From contig CAJVPI010000331.1 in the NCBI GenBank assembly GCA_910592345.1, positions 1 through 34,990 of the forward strand: DNA of 34,990 bases, read 5' to 3'. Below, piece by piece: positions 12,514 through 22,729 of this stretch. The position numbers were made by a program, and so were the translations under genes. Under the pieces are notes generated by a model, which did not search any database, was not told the origin of the DNA, and saw only the letters and a list, made by a program, of their open reading frames with translations. Position 1 is the first letter of the stretch; every line of letters begins with the position of its first letter. The stretch comes from Paraglomus brasilianum (lineage: Eukaryota).

Positions 12514-14826
12514 ATGATGAGCGGAGGGTATATAGGTTCTAAGATCAGTTTGATATCGCGGTCAGATATACGTTATGTCGGCATCCTGCACAGCATTAAC
12601 TCTACCGACTCGACGGTTGCTCTAGAGCAAGGTTACCTTGATTATTGCTGTTTCAAGCTTTATTAGTGAAGGACTCGTATTGGCAAACAAATTTAAAATA
12701 AAAAAAAATTTTTTTTTTAATAGAATTCATATATACGAGTTTTTACACTAATTTATTCAAACTTGTCATTGATCTGGTTATGTTCCGTTTTGCTTGCTGT
12801 AGTGCGCTCGTACGGAACAGAAGGGCGAAAGGGAAACCCCGCTGAGGAGATACCACCCTCCGATAATGTGTTTGATTACATAGTTTTCCGAGGTTCAGAC
12901 GTAAAAGACTTGCATGTTTGTGAAGCGCCAGCACCCCCACCTTCTTTACCTCCTCAAGTTCCCAACGATCCTGCTATTCTCGGGGTAAGTTAATTGCAGT
13001 TTTTTAATTTCCTATGTAGACGAAGGACAATCCGTTCGTGTAGATGACAGTTTTAAATAATGGGGTGAAATGATGAAAGAACTACGGATGTGAATTTTTA
13101 GACTGAATGAAAAACAAATATGTTGATGTTTCCGTTGCCTTCCTTCTGAGTCATTTAAACGAAAAACCCATTACTTACTTCGATAGCGGTTTACCAGGCA
13201 AATTTGCTGAGTAATCGTACTGAGTATTTGTTCACTCTTCAATGTTTGTAGACGACTGCTCCACGACCGCCAAATTTCCAAAGCTTTGGCCCACCACCAT
13301 TGAACGTACAACCACCAAATTTTCCTGGTGCTCAGATAAATCCATATTATTTGCAGCAAGCTGCAGCAGCTTTCCAACAGCAACAGTATTGGCAACAGCA
13401 GCAACAGCAACAACAGCAAACTCATCAGTCATCTCAGGTAATTATTTCATATCACCTTTCTTGTGCTTTCGCAATTAATGACGCTCTTTCGTTTGAACGC
13501 CATGTTTAAAATGTGTAAACACATTGGTTGCTTCTTATATTAAAGCTAAATGTTGGTGAAAACGCATCCCGAGAAGTCGAACAGCAGAAAACACAATTAA
13601 CACAATTACAGGTTTGATGATCAATTAGGACTTGTTAATATTAACGATCCCTACTTTAAGGCTTAAATTATTACCCTCGTTTTTGCAGAAGGAACTTGCT
13701 GGACCCGATAAAGCTGAAGACCATAAACTAGAGAATCAAGTTAGTGGAAATAAAAGCATTTCCAACAAACCCGGTTCTAGCTCGCGTTCGGCGATAGGGC
13801 ATGTAGCAAACACTCGCAATGACAATATGAAGGAAGCATCCGCTGCTGCCGTGGAGAAATTGGCAAAGAGTGTCAGCGAGTTGAATGTTGCGGAGACTAG
13901 TGTATCTCCTTTATCCAATACTGTCCACACGAACGATCGGCAAACGAATTTTCATGGTAGGTCAACGATAAATAACATTTACTATGTGTTCAGTTTATTC
14001 TCGAATAACATCATGATTACACGTTTCAGGTTACAGCCAAAATCGGTCAAGCAATAACAGATTACCTGGTATGGGCGGTCACCTTCTTCAGCAACCTCGA
14101 CGTGGTCGTGGTCGACGGAACTATGGCCAAAATTACGATCGCAACCGTGTATCTGTCCCGACATCTGACTTCGATTTTGAATCATCAAACGCTAAATTCA
14201 ATAAGGAGGAAATTGTAAAAGAAGTTGTAAAGAAATCTCACGTCGGCCATGATGTAAAAGATGGAAAGGACGTAAAGGAGGGAAAGGAGGAAGACATCAC
14301 GCAAGTTGAAGACGAGGAGGAGGATGATGAAGTTGTCATACCGCCTGCCGAAACATTCTATGACAGAACTAAATCATTCTTTGATAATATTTCTTGTGAA
14401 ACGAAAGAGCGATTGGAACAGCAAGGCCCTGATGGACGGTACGTGATTAAATACGCAAAGTCTTTAAATATCCAGGACCATGCGGGTAACATTTATTTTA
14501 TACGTAGACGCGGGTTGTCCGTTGCCGAGCGAAGACAAAAGCAATCGGAAGAAAGGCGCTTGAATCTTGAGACGTTTGGACAAGTTTCGATTGACGGTGG
14601 AAGGTACCGTGGTGGATATCGCAGTCGTGGATATCGCGGAAGGGGAGGATATCGTGGTGGCCGCGGAGGCGGCAGCAGCGGTGGTGGCGGTGGAGGAGGA
14701 TTTAGAGGAGGATACTCAAGCAATTATCGAGGAAACAATTTCAGGGTATGCCTTTTAAGAACGTGATCTATGGTTGTTTTTGTAGTCAAGCGATTTGCTT
14801 ATTTTATTTACTCTATACAGCATTAA
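12514..14826 (+). CDS. LSM14: LSM14/Scd6/Sum2 (RAP55) P-body translational repressor; exons 12514-12631, 12803-12984, 13252-13437, 13546-13611, 13689-13956, 14030-14438, 14508-14745, 14821-14826 (490 aa)
   Basis: LSm14 domain [20 protein letters not shown]...VRSYGTEGR...[17 protein letters not shown] motif ([11 protein letters not shown]), FFD box ([12 protein letters not shown]), TFG box ([10 protein letters not shown]) and RGG tail. Confidence 0.93.
13066..13154 (+). ncRNA. Intronic box C/D snoRNA, predicted guide for 18S rRNA Am420 (yeast numbering; snR52-type target)
   Basis: Box C ATGATGA 13070-76, D' CTGA 13103-06, C'-like TTGATGT 13123-29, box D CTGA 13146-49. Guide GTTGCCTTCCTT (13134-45) pairs 12 nt with conserved 18S AAGGAAGGCAGC; the D+5 rule gives the A in AAGG(A)AGG. 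Flanking stem TAATGGG/CCCATTA. Lies in the longest LSM14 intron. Confidence 0.85.
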
Positions 14827-16439
14827 TTGCCGAGATCTAATAATAATGCAAAGAGTAACTGGCGTAGTTAATACACCTTATACAAGAAAATAATTAGACA
14901 GGAAACAAAATATATCGAAGGCATTCTACTAAAAATTCTTATATTATTTTGATTTATTTTATTCACCTACTTTTTATTTGCTCACTTCCCGCGCAAATAT
15001 CTTTTTATTCTCACCAACTCCAACTGGTTTTGCAATTTGTTATCATTGAAGGATTTGTAGTTTTATTAATATTGTTTTCGCATTATTGGATTTGGGATGT
15101 TTGTATTTGCCTGATCAAAGAATTTGGCGGGTTAATAATTAATTGCAGGTTTGAGATGCACGAACGAAGATAAAGGATGTTTTGGTACCGAGTTACCATA
15201 TTAAGACATAGAGCAGAACCGGGGAAAAGACGAGCGGGAAGTGATTGAAGCGGAAACAATAAAACATTTGGGAGTGCCAAGACAATGTTATTTATAATTT
15301 TCGAAATCATGCCGTTTATCAAGTACATGAATTTTTTTTTTACTTTTGGGAAGTGCCAATGAAATACTTTTACAAGTCATGCCAGAAAATGCAAATTCAG
15401 GCGTACGAATAAAACGCATTTAATGCAAGCTTTATTAACTTGATAGCATCAACCCTTATTAATGGAAAAGCAACTTAATCATTTACCCGAACTATTAGCA
15501 TGGGGGTTATGAGAGGATAGTCTTACTATTTTGATGAGGGCAATAAATTATAAGTTTAAATTCCCAACTATTAGATAGTCATTTAATTAGTAGAAACAAA
15601 TATTCTAAAGTTATTATTATGGCTTGTTCACCTTGCTCATCAATTGTTAACTTCTTTGCAGAACTTTATCCTTTCAGATACATTCATAAATAATAAGTTT
15701 AAATGACAATTTAAATTGTCAACCAGAAGAATAACTCCTCGAACAATAAAAGGGAAGACTTTTTTGTAATGCTTTTAAAAGGATTCAAAGAGCAATATGT
15801 CTCCATCGTTTCTAACTTCTCACATTAATCCTTTCCTACTTTTAATCTGCATCGCTTAAAATTGTAAGCTTAGCGAAAATGCAAATTCAAGAAGGCATTA
15901 GTAATAATAGTAAGCTATATAATCAACAATGGTTTGGCTGATTTACTTTTTGAGACAGTAAAGAGGCAAATAAATATACGCTGCTGGGATAAACCATTCC
16001 GTAATATTGATTCTCGACCCTTGATAGAAAAAAAAAACAGTTCGAGAATTCTTAGAACGCTTGGTTTTCGGAACCAACCTCAATAAAGATAGTCTTACTA
16101 CTTGCTGTAACGAGCGAGGGATCATCTCTAACTCTTGTATGATCGACGCGACGTTTTACTCCTAAAACAGATCTGTGATTGTTTACTAATAAAAGCGCTG
16201 ATTTCTTCAAACTCTTACCATCAAGGATCGGTGGCAAACTGTTGTTAAGAGAAATTTCACCGATACTTACTGTAGCACTAAGCATCCATGCCAACATGAT
16301 AATAAGTTCTTTAATAATATAGGATTTGGGTGATTCCAGTCCACTTGTAATCACCAAATATTTGGCGGGTTAAAAGACCGCGCAATCACGTTGTTACAGA
16401 GTTTGAGTCACGACTTACCCAAAAATGAGAAAGATCATC

Positions 16440-16570
16440 GAAATTATAACTTCGTTATAGCAGGTAACTAAGTTTTTCTATTTAACTTCGTTATATCCAG
16501 GAAATTTTATTAGACAAGAATTCGGGACATCGAAAAAACTTAAATTCGTTATATCCAGGTTCACTTTGTA
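16440..16570. mobile_element. Terminal fragment of a pogo/Tigger-like DNA transposon or MITE
   Basis: Three TTCGTTATA subterminal motifs (16451, 16487, 16545) ending ...TATCCAGGTTCACTTTGTA, which resembles a TA-flanked TIR end. Confidence 0.5.
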
Positions 16571-16652
16571 TGTACAATTTGATATCATCTTTGTTTACGA
16601 GATCATTACTGTTGATCTGCTAAAAGGGAAAACACGAACGCCAAACTCAATA

Positions 16653-19600
16653 ATGCCAAGCGTATTGTATCGTATCGAAAAAAATTCTATAGTGAGTCGT
16701 ATATATCGAACCATCCTTCAACAAACGCGGATATCACGTTCACAACGTACTTTCGCTAACATTGTTGAAAACAAAAATGATGACGCAACTTCTATCAAAG
16801 AGATAACTAATGATTTTGATGTCGTGATGCTTCCGGATTGGCTATATGAGCAGGTCTTTCCAGGTCAAACAAAGCGTCCTACAGTGCCACCAGCTCGGGA
16901 AAAAGTTGCCATGAAACATCTAGAGAAGCAAGGACTCCTCGGCAAAGCTACGGAACCCGTGCCGCATTTGGCGGAATTCCAATTGCCAAAGCTTTGTGGA
17001 AATACAATCGCAGAACATTTCTGGAAAATAGGAGAAGAGCAGGCTCGTCCAATTCGCGAGATTGCGTTGGAATTTTCCAAGATTAATTTGCCTCAGAAAC
17101 CGCAAGACCATGAATGGTTGTTTAAAGCTAATTGGACGCGTTATATTTCGGGAGAGAAGCCCAAATCCGTTGCATTTCCCAATGAGGAGTTACTATGTTT
17201 CGACACCGAAGTCGCGATAAAGGATGATCCTCATCACCCTTTGCTAGCAGTTGCGGCATCACCGACCGCATGGTATTGTTGGATCTCACCGCGTTTAATC
17301 GAGCATCGGAAAATGCTCAAAAAGTTGGCAAAAACAAAACCAAAAAAAATTAAGAATGAAGTCACCGAATCCCCGAAAAAACAAAAGGCTTTGGGTTATT
17401 TGATTCCGATGGGTGAACTAGGCAAATGTCGACTGATTGTTGGACATAATGTTGGATATGATAGGGCAAGAATAAAGGAGGAATACAATACGAAAATTAC
17501 GTGTAATCGCTTTTTAGATACGATGGCTCTACACATAGCTGTTAGTGGCCTCTGTACACAACAGCGGCCATCATGGATCAAGTTTGATAAGGCTACAGAG
17601 GAGTCGGACTACGAATATCTTTTAGAAGCAAAGGACTTTAAGAAGGTATATGACGTCAGCTCTATGAACAGTCTTGCCAACGTTGCCAAATTTCATAGTC
17701 AAGTTCAATTAGACAAATCACAGCGAGACTATTTTGTAACCGGCTCTTTGGACGAAATTGTTGATCCCAAGGTTCTTCCTCAATTAATTTCTTATTGTGC
17801 TAGTGATGTGGAAGCTACGCATGTTGTCTATAGGAAGGTCTTTCCACGATTCCTTGAACTATGTCCGCATCCAGTGTCCTTTGCGGGTATTATTCATATG
17901 GGTAATATGTTTTTAACTACAAGTTCTGACTGGGATATGTATATCAAGGCGGCCGAGAGTGTATATCTGGAACAGAGTTCTTCCATCAAAAAAAGTTTGA
18001 TAGCGTTAGCTAATCAGGCAATTAGTCAATGGGAAAAGGATCCCGAATCGGTGCAGAAAAATCACTGGTTGAAACAGTTAGACTGGAGTCCCGCCCCGCC
18101 TAGGGCAAGAAAACTGGTGAACTACCCCAAATGGTATCGTGATTGTTATAAGAATAAAGCGAAAGAATTGAATCTTACGGCTCGATCTCGAACCGCTCCA
18201 ATACTTTTGGAATTAAGTTGGATGGGATTTCCTATGTATCATTCCAAGGTATATGGTTGGATGTTTCGTGTGCCTTCAGACGACACCGAATTTTGTACGA
18301 AAGCAAAGAAGATTGTGTTTAAGACTTCGCCTGATGATGAAGAATATGAAGAAAGATATGCTACAGATACTGAAGGTCGCTACTATAAGATTCCTCATAA
18401 AGACGGAGATGATGCACGATGTGGTTCACCGCTCGCAAAACATTACATTAACGCATTTGAGAATAAGATTCTGTCATCAGGGTATCCTGAGGCGAGAGAA
18501 GCCCTCTCGATGAATGCAGCTTGTTCGTACTGGATAAGCGCAAGAGAAAGGATTAAATCTCAGATGGTAATCTACGGGAATCGCAAAGACTTTAAAGGTC
18601 TTGGGTTCAAGATGCCTAAAGGCAAAACTCCTGGAATGATTTTGCCACAAACAATAACAATGGGAACAGTTACACGTAGGGCTGTGGAAAAGACCTGGAT
18701 GACAGCTAGTAATGCTAAAGAGAATCGTATTGGATCCGAGTTAAAGGCTATGATTCAGGCACCAGTTGGTTACAAATTTGTCGGTGCAGATGTTGACTCG
18801 GAAGAACTATGGATAGCTAGTCTGATTGGTGATTCGTCATTTAAATCTCACGGCGCGACTGCCATGGGATGGATGACGCTTCAAGGTACGAAGGCGGCCG
18901 GAACAGATATGCATTCGAGGACGGCTAAAATTTTGGGAATTTCGCGAAATCATGCTAAAATATTTAACTACGGAAGAATATACGGAGCAGGATTGAAATT
19001 TGCCATTCAGTTGCTGCGTCAGTTTAACGAAAATATTACGGAAGAAGAGGCGAAAAACCGCGTAGAAGATTTATATAGACAGACAAAAGGATCAAAATTA
19101 TTTTCGAAAGGCAATAATATGTCGTTCTGGTACGGTGGTAGTGAAAGTTTCATGTTTAATAATCTGGAAGATATTGCCACAGACGAAAATCCAAAGACAC
19201 CTGTACTAAAATGTTGTATAACAGAGGCACTAAAATCTCAGATCGTGAAGAATGACTACATGACTTCACGCGTCAATTGGGCTGTCCAGTCATCTGGAGT
19301 TGACTATCTACATTTACTCTTAGTTTCTATGGAATATCTCACCAAAAAATACAATATTGATGCACGATTTATGCTTTCGGTACACGATGAGATACGTTAT
19401 CTTGTAAATGATAAAGATGCATATCGAGCAGCACTTGCACTGCAAATTAGTAATTTATGGACTCGAGTTATGTTTAGTTATATGTTGGGAATACAAGATC
19501 TGCCCCTGTCTGTTGCTTTCTTCTCCAGTATTGATATTGATCATGTATTAAGGAAGGAAGTAGATATGGACTGTAAAACTCTTTCTTTTCCGCAAGCCAT

Positions 19601-19889
19601 TGAGAAAGGGGCGAGTGTAACTATACAAAAGATCCTTGAAGTAGAAAAAACACTCGAGGTGGAGAACTCACAGGATGGAGATATACCCGAGCTCAGTGAA
19701 GAATCCACAAAGTTGCTAGAGCCGTTACAATTGAAGAAAGATGATGTAATAAGTCTTCGCATGCAGGCAGCAACGACCGAGGAAGAAGCACGTGCAGAAT
19801 TAACAAGTTCTAGGAAATCAACGCACTCGCGTACCAGAACAAGGAGGAACCATTCGAATTCAGAACGTGTAAATATTATGTTTTCTTAA
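16653..19889 (+). CDS. MIP1: Mitochondrial DNA polymerase gamma catalytic subunit (1078 aa, single exon)
   Basis: ExoI CFDTEV, ExoII VGHNVGYDRARI, ExoIII YCASDV, PolA VGADVDSEELWIA, PolB RNHAKIFNYGRIYGAG, PolC SVHDEIRY. First ATG at 16653 gives an R-rich presequence-like N-terminus. Confidence 0.97.
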   Translation: MPSVLYRIEKNSIVSRIYRTILQQTRISRSQRTFANIVENKNDDATSIKEITNDFDVVMLPDWLYEQVFPGQTKRPTVPPAREKVAMKHLEKQGLLGKATEPVPHLAEFQLPKLCGNTIAEHFWKIGEEQARPIREIALEFSKINLPQKPQDHEWLFKANWTRYISGEKPKSVAFPNEELLCFDTEVAIKDDPHHPLLAVAASPTAWYCWISPRLIEHRKMLKKLAKTKPKKIKNEVTESPKKQKALGYLIPMGELGKCRLIVGHNVGYDRARIKEEYNTKITCNRFLDTMALHIAVSGLCTQQRPSWIKFDKATEESDYEYLLEAKDFKKVYDVSSMNSLANVAKFHSQVQLDKSQRDYFVTGSLDEIVDPKVLPQLISYCASDVEATHVVYRKVFPRFLELCPHPVSFAGIIHMGNMFLTTSSDWDMYIKAAESVYLEQSSSIKKSLIALANQAISQWEKDPESVQKNHWLKQLDWSPAPPRARKLVNYPKWYRDCYKNKAKELNLTARSRTAPILLELSWMGFPMYHSKVYGWMFRVPSDDTEFCTKAKKIVFKTSPDDEEYEERYATDTEGRYYKIPHKDGDDARCGSPLAKHYINAFENKILSSGYPEAREALSMNAACSYWISARERIKSQMVIYGNRKDFKGLGFKMPKGKTPGMILPQTITMGTVTRRAVEKTWMTASNAKENRIGSELKAMIQAPVGYKFVGADVDSEELWIASLIGDSSFKSHGATAMGWMTLQGTKAAGTDMHSRTAKILGISRNHAKIFNYGRIYGAGLKFAIQLLRQFNENITEEEAKNRVEDLYRQTKGSKLFSKGNNMSFWYGGSESFMFNNLEDIATDENPKTPVLKCCITEALKSQIVKNDYMTSRVNWAVQSSGVDYLHLLLVSMEYLTKKYNIDARFMLSVHDEIRYLVNDKDAYRAALALQISNLWTRVMFSYMLGIQDLPLSVAFFSSIDIDHVLRKEVDMDCKTLSFPQAIEKGASVTIQKILEVEKTLEVENSQDGDIPELSEESTKLLEPLQLKKDDVISLRMQAATTEEEARAELTSSRKSTHSRTRTRRNHSNSERVNIMFS

Positions 19890-21198
19890 ATAGACGCATA
19901 TGAGTTGGACATTGATAATGATTTGTTATACGGACACAGCCATACAACGTTCCTAATGAAACTGTCGAGAATTGATACAGCATAGAGAATATGTAATATT
20001 TAATAAAAAGATAAACATCCTTTCCATAGAGAACTGCTGAGAACTTGAAAGATTAAGGGTTCTAGCAGATTTGGCCACATGTAAATAAAAATTTTATATA
20101 AGAAGAGCATGTACTTCTATAGTGGAGCCAATCATCCAAAGCAGTGATGAATTCTTTTCTCATTTACAAATTAATATTTGTATTAGTGTTGAATTAATTC
20201 ACCATTTGAGTTAGACGTGTGCAATTAGCATACTAATACAGCTCTTCATGTATAATCTATTATTGATTTAAATTCTAACTTTCAACAAAGGGTCATTAAT
20301 TTTAGGAAACAGTGGTTTAGAATATAGTAATAGGAAAGGACTATTTTACTGGACACCCATGCTATGTCACATTGTTAACTGTAAGTGAAAATTGGTAGAT
20401 GCTGTTTATACTATCTGTTAGCACACGCGAGTTTTTGTTTGCATACATTTTAGTCAATTGTCCAATCGCATCGCACGTAGAATTTAGTCGAATGTCAAAT
20501 TATCTGAGACATTGTAACAAATTCCAAATATTATATAACTAATATTAATGGTTTTGGGTAGATTAATATTAACTGTTTGCAATTTTAATCACTACTACGA
20601 GTGATAATTAGATATACTGTAGACACTGAGCCTTTGGATATTTACAGGTGTCAGCGGTTAAATTGTTCCCAGACTCGAGAATTAATATAGAATATCCCGA
20701 ACTGAACTGCAAATTAAGAGTTTGATATACTTACTGCATACAGCTGTAATTGAAGGGACATGCAGCCCCGGTAGAGTCACATGTCTAGTGTTCCTTAGAA
20801 TTGATGTGTATAATAGATACGGAAGTTTTGCTTATCAGAAAATTAGTATTAGTATTAGATTTTCAAACATTGTCATTTCCCTAATATGGTTTAACATTGC
20901 AGACACTGTTTTGTTTTTCGATCGCGTAATTTTAGCTTATTTCACATTTTAGAGAAATAGATATACACAACTTTGTGAAATCCAAATTACAAACTAAAAT
21001 AAAAAAGCCCGAGCTTTCTCAATTTGCCACGTGATCTTCTGACTTGATTCTTCCCTAGTCAAAATTCAATAACATGCCACGTGATAAATAGGAGCTGTTT
21101 TTATTCGGTCATTTCTGCCTACATACAGAAAATAGTCTATTTGTAGAACAATACATCGTAATAAGCGTAGCATATATAATGACCGAATTTTGCATAGT

Positions 21199-22541
21199 TT
21201 ATTCATCATCTTCCTCCTCATTAGCTAATGAATAAAGCGATATTTGGTTAGAGAGTAGAGTTACCAAAATTAACGTATTTTAACAAGAGCACTCACCATT
21301 CTTAGAAGCACTTTTTTGACGCTTTCTCTTAACGCGTCCCGGGCGTCCACCACCTGTGAAACAAAGAATACTCAGCAATTCATCGATAAACGTTAACCAC
21401 GTTGATATAAAGATTATTAAATACCGTATGGTGATGTCTGAGAGAAGTCAATGTGCTTCTGGGAATCGAGACTGCACGTGATAATTAAGTGTTATATATA
21501 TTTGTTCAATAAACAAAAAAATCGCTCAAGTCACAACCGCTAAACCGTTCACTTACCGAACAGTGAAGCTGGGAATGTTGACAATTCGCTTTCCAACGCT
21601 GATCGAAATAAACCAATTTCCAATTAATTATTTGCATATCTCGCGTGATCTACTCTCGTAAAATAAACTTACCAAATATGCCTCTGCCTAATCAAAACTC
21701 TGGCATGATGAATGCTCCTCGCCAATCCCAATTTAAACACTTGTGTCTGTAACCGTCTCTCCAAAAAGTCTTCAATCTTCAACGCAAGTACGTAATCCAG
21801 CTTCAACTTTGTCTCGTCCAATACCCCAATTCTAACCAAACGCCTAATCAACGCATTACCCTCAAACAATCGTCGAGGATCTTTGTCGTCAAGGGTTAGA
21901 AGTTCACGTGCGGCACGACGAATGTTGGATAGCGTATAGGCGACCCGCCAGATTTCACGTTTGTTTCGGAGCCCGTACTCCCCAATTAGTTTAAGTTCCT
22001 GATCAAGCCGCTCCCTTTCGAACGGACGTCGGGGAACTTTGTATGTTTTCGAACCTAATTACCATGAAAAAGAAAAAGAATAGGCGAGAGGTAAAGCTAG
22101 AGCCGCTGTTTGCGGTTTATGCTTTCCATTTGGTGCCCAGCAAATGCACCCAGTAATCCACAATTGTCTCCATAATGGATGTGAGTAGTGGATTAGGACT
22201 CTTGATTCGTTCGTGTCCAGAGAGATTGCTGCATACTCTCTTCTTTTGGAACTTTCCAATGAGACTGTTGATGGAATTCACGGCGAAGAATACTACCATA
22301 ACAGGAAAAGGATACATCGTATATAGTTGATCAATTGCTTTTACGCTGACCAACATATCCCATGAAATGTATGGACAAAAATTCTTCGATCACAAACAGT
22401 TGTGGATGTTGCTGTCCTCGTCGTAAATTCCTTCAACAGTCTATAAAACAACTCTTTTAACTCCACCAAAACCCCCACCCTCACTCCTACAACACAGGAA
22501 AGTTATCCAACAAGAATACAATTCCTCACTACACAAGGCAT
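21199..22541 (-). CDS. RPS9: 40S ribosomal protein S9 (uS4); exons 22541-22520, 22054-21673, 21598-21557, 21471-21425, 21353-21297, 21224-21199 (191 aa)
   Basis: [37 protein letters not shown]...[29 protein letters not shown]...[11 protein letters not shown]; spliced length 576 nt. Confidence 0.97.
22055..22519 (-). promoter_or_regulatory. Highly structured 465-nt RPS9 intron 1, a candidate cis-regulatory splicing element
   Basis: 28-bp stem 22442-22415/22289-22262 (24 Watson-Crick, 2 G-U on the transcribed strand, 2 mismatches) enclosing further hairpins. Cryptic acceptor TTTTATAG at 22441; U12 donor consensus GTATCCTTT at 22315; several more hairpins in 22260-22090. Confidence 0.75.
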
Positions 22542-22575
22542 TGTCTTTTTTCTGACGGGTGCTGTTTATTCGTCC

Positions 22576-22729
22576 AGCAAAAAGAGGAAGAAAGTTTTAC
22601 TTGACACGAATCTGGGAAGAGAAAATTTTTTCGATGACACGTGCATCCAACCAATAATGTCGACAGAATGTTGAAAAAGTATTTGAGAGAAAAAAATATG
22701 AGAAACGAATACCTCCTCTTTCTCGTTTG
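22576..22729. promoter_or_regulatory. Compact bidirectional promoter shared by RPS9 and RPL21
   Basis: Outward-facing pyrimidine (TCT/TOP-like) tracts at 22594-22579 (-) and 22712-22723 (+). Between them: GAAAATTTTTT (22621), CGATGA (22632), CACGTG (22638), CCAAT (22651). Confidence 0.65.

Noticed and set aside
15943..16357. Minus-strand ORFs upstream of MIP1
   Set aside because: No recognisable domain; a faint resemblance to decayed non-LTR retroelement sequence is too weak to call.
16446..16461. loxP-like half site ATAACTTCGTTATAGC
   Set aside because: One extra T, no second inverted arm; it is one of three TTCGTTATA transposon-type subterminal motifs.
16566..16652. ORF-track N-terminal extension of polymerase gamma
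   Set aside because: Starts at TTG within a transposon-end fragment; the first ATG is 16653.
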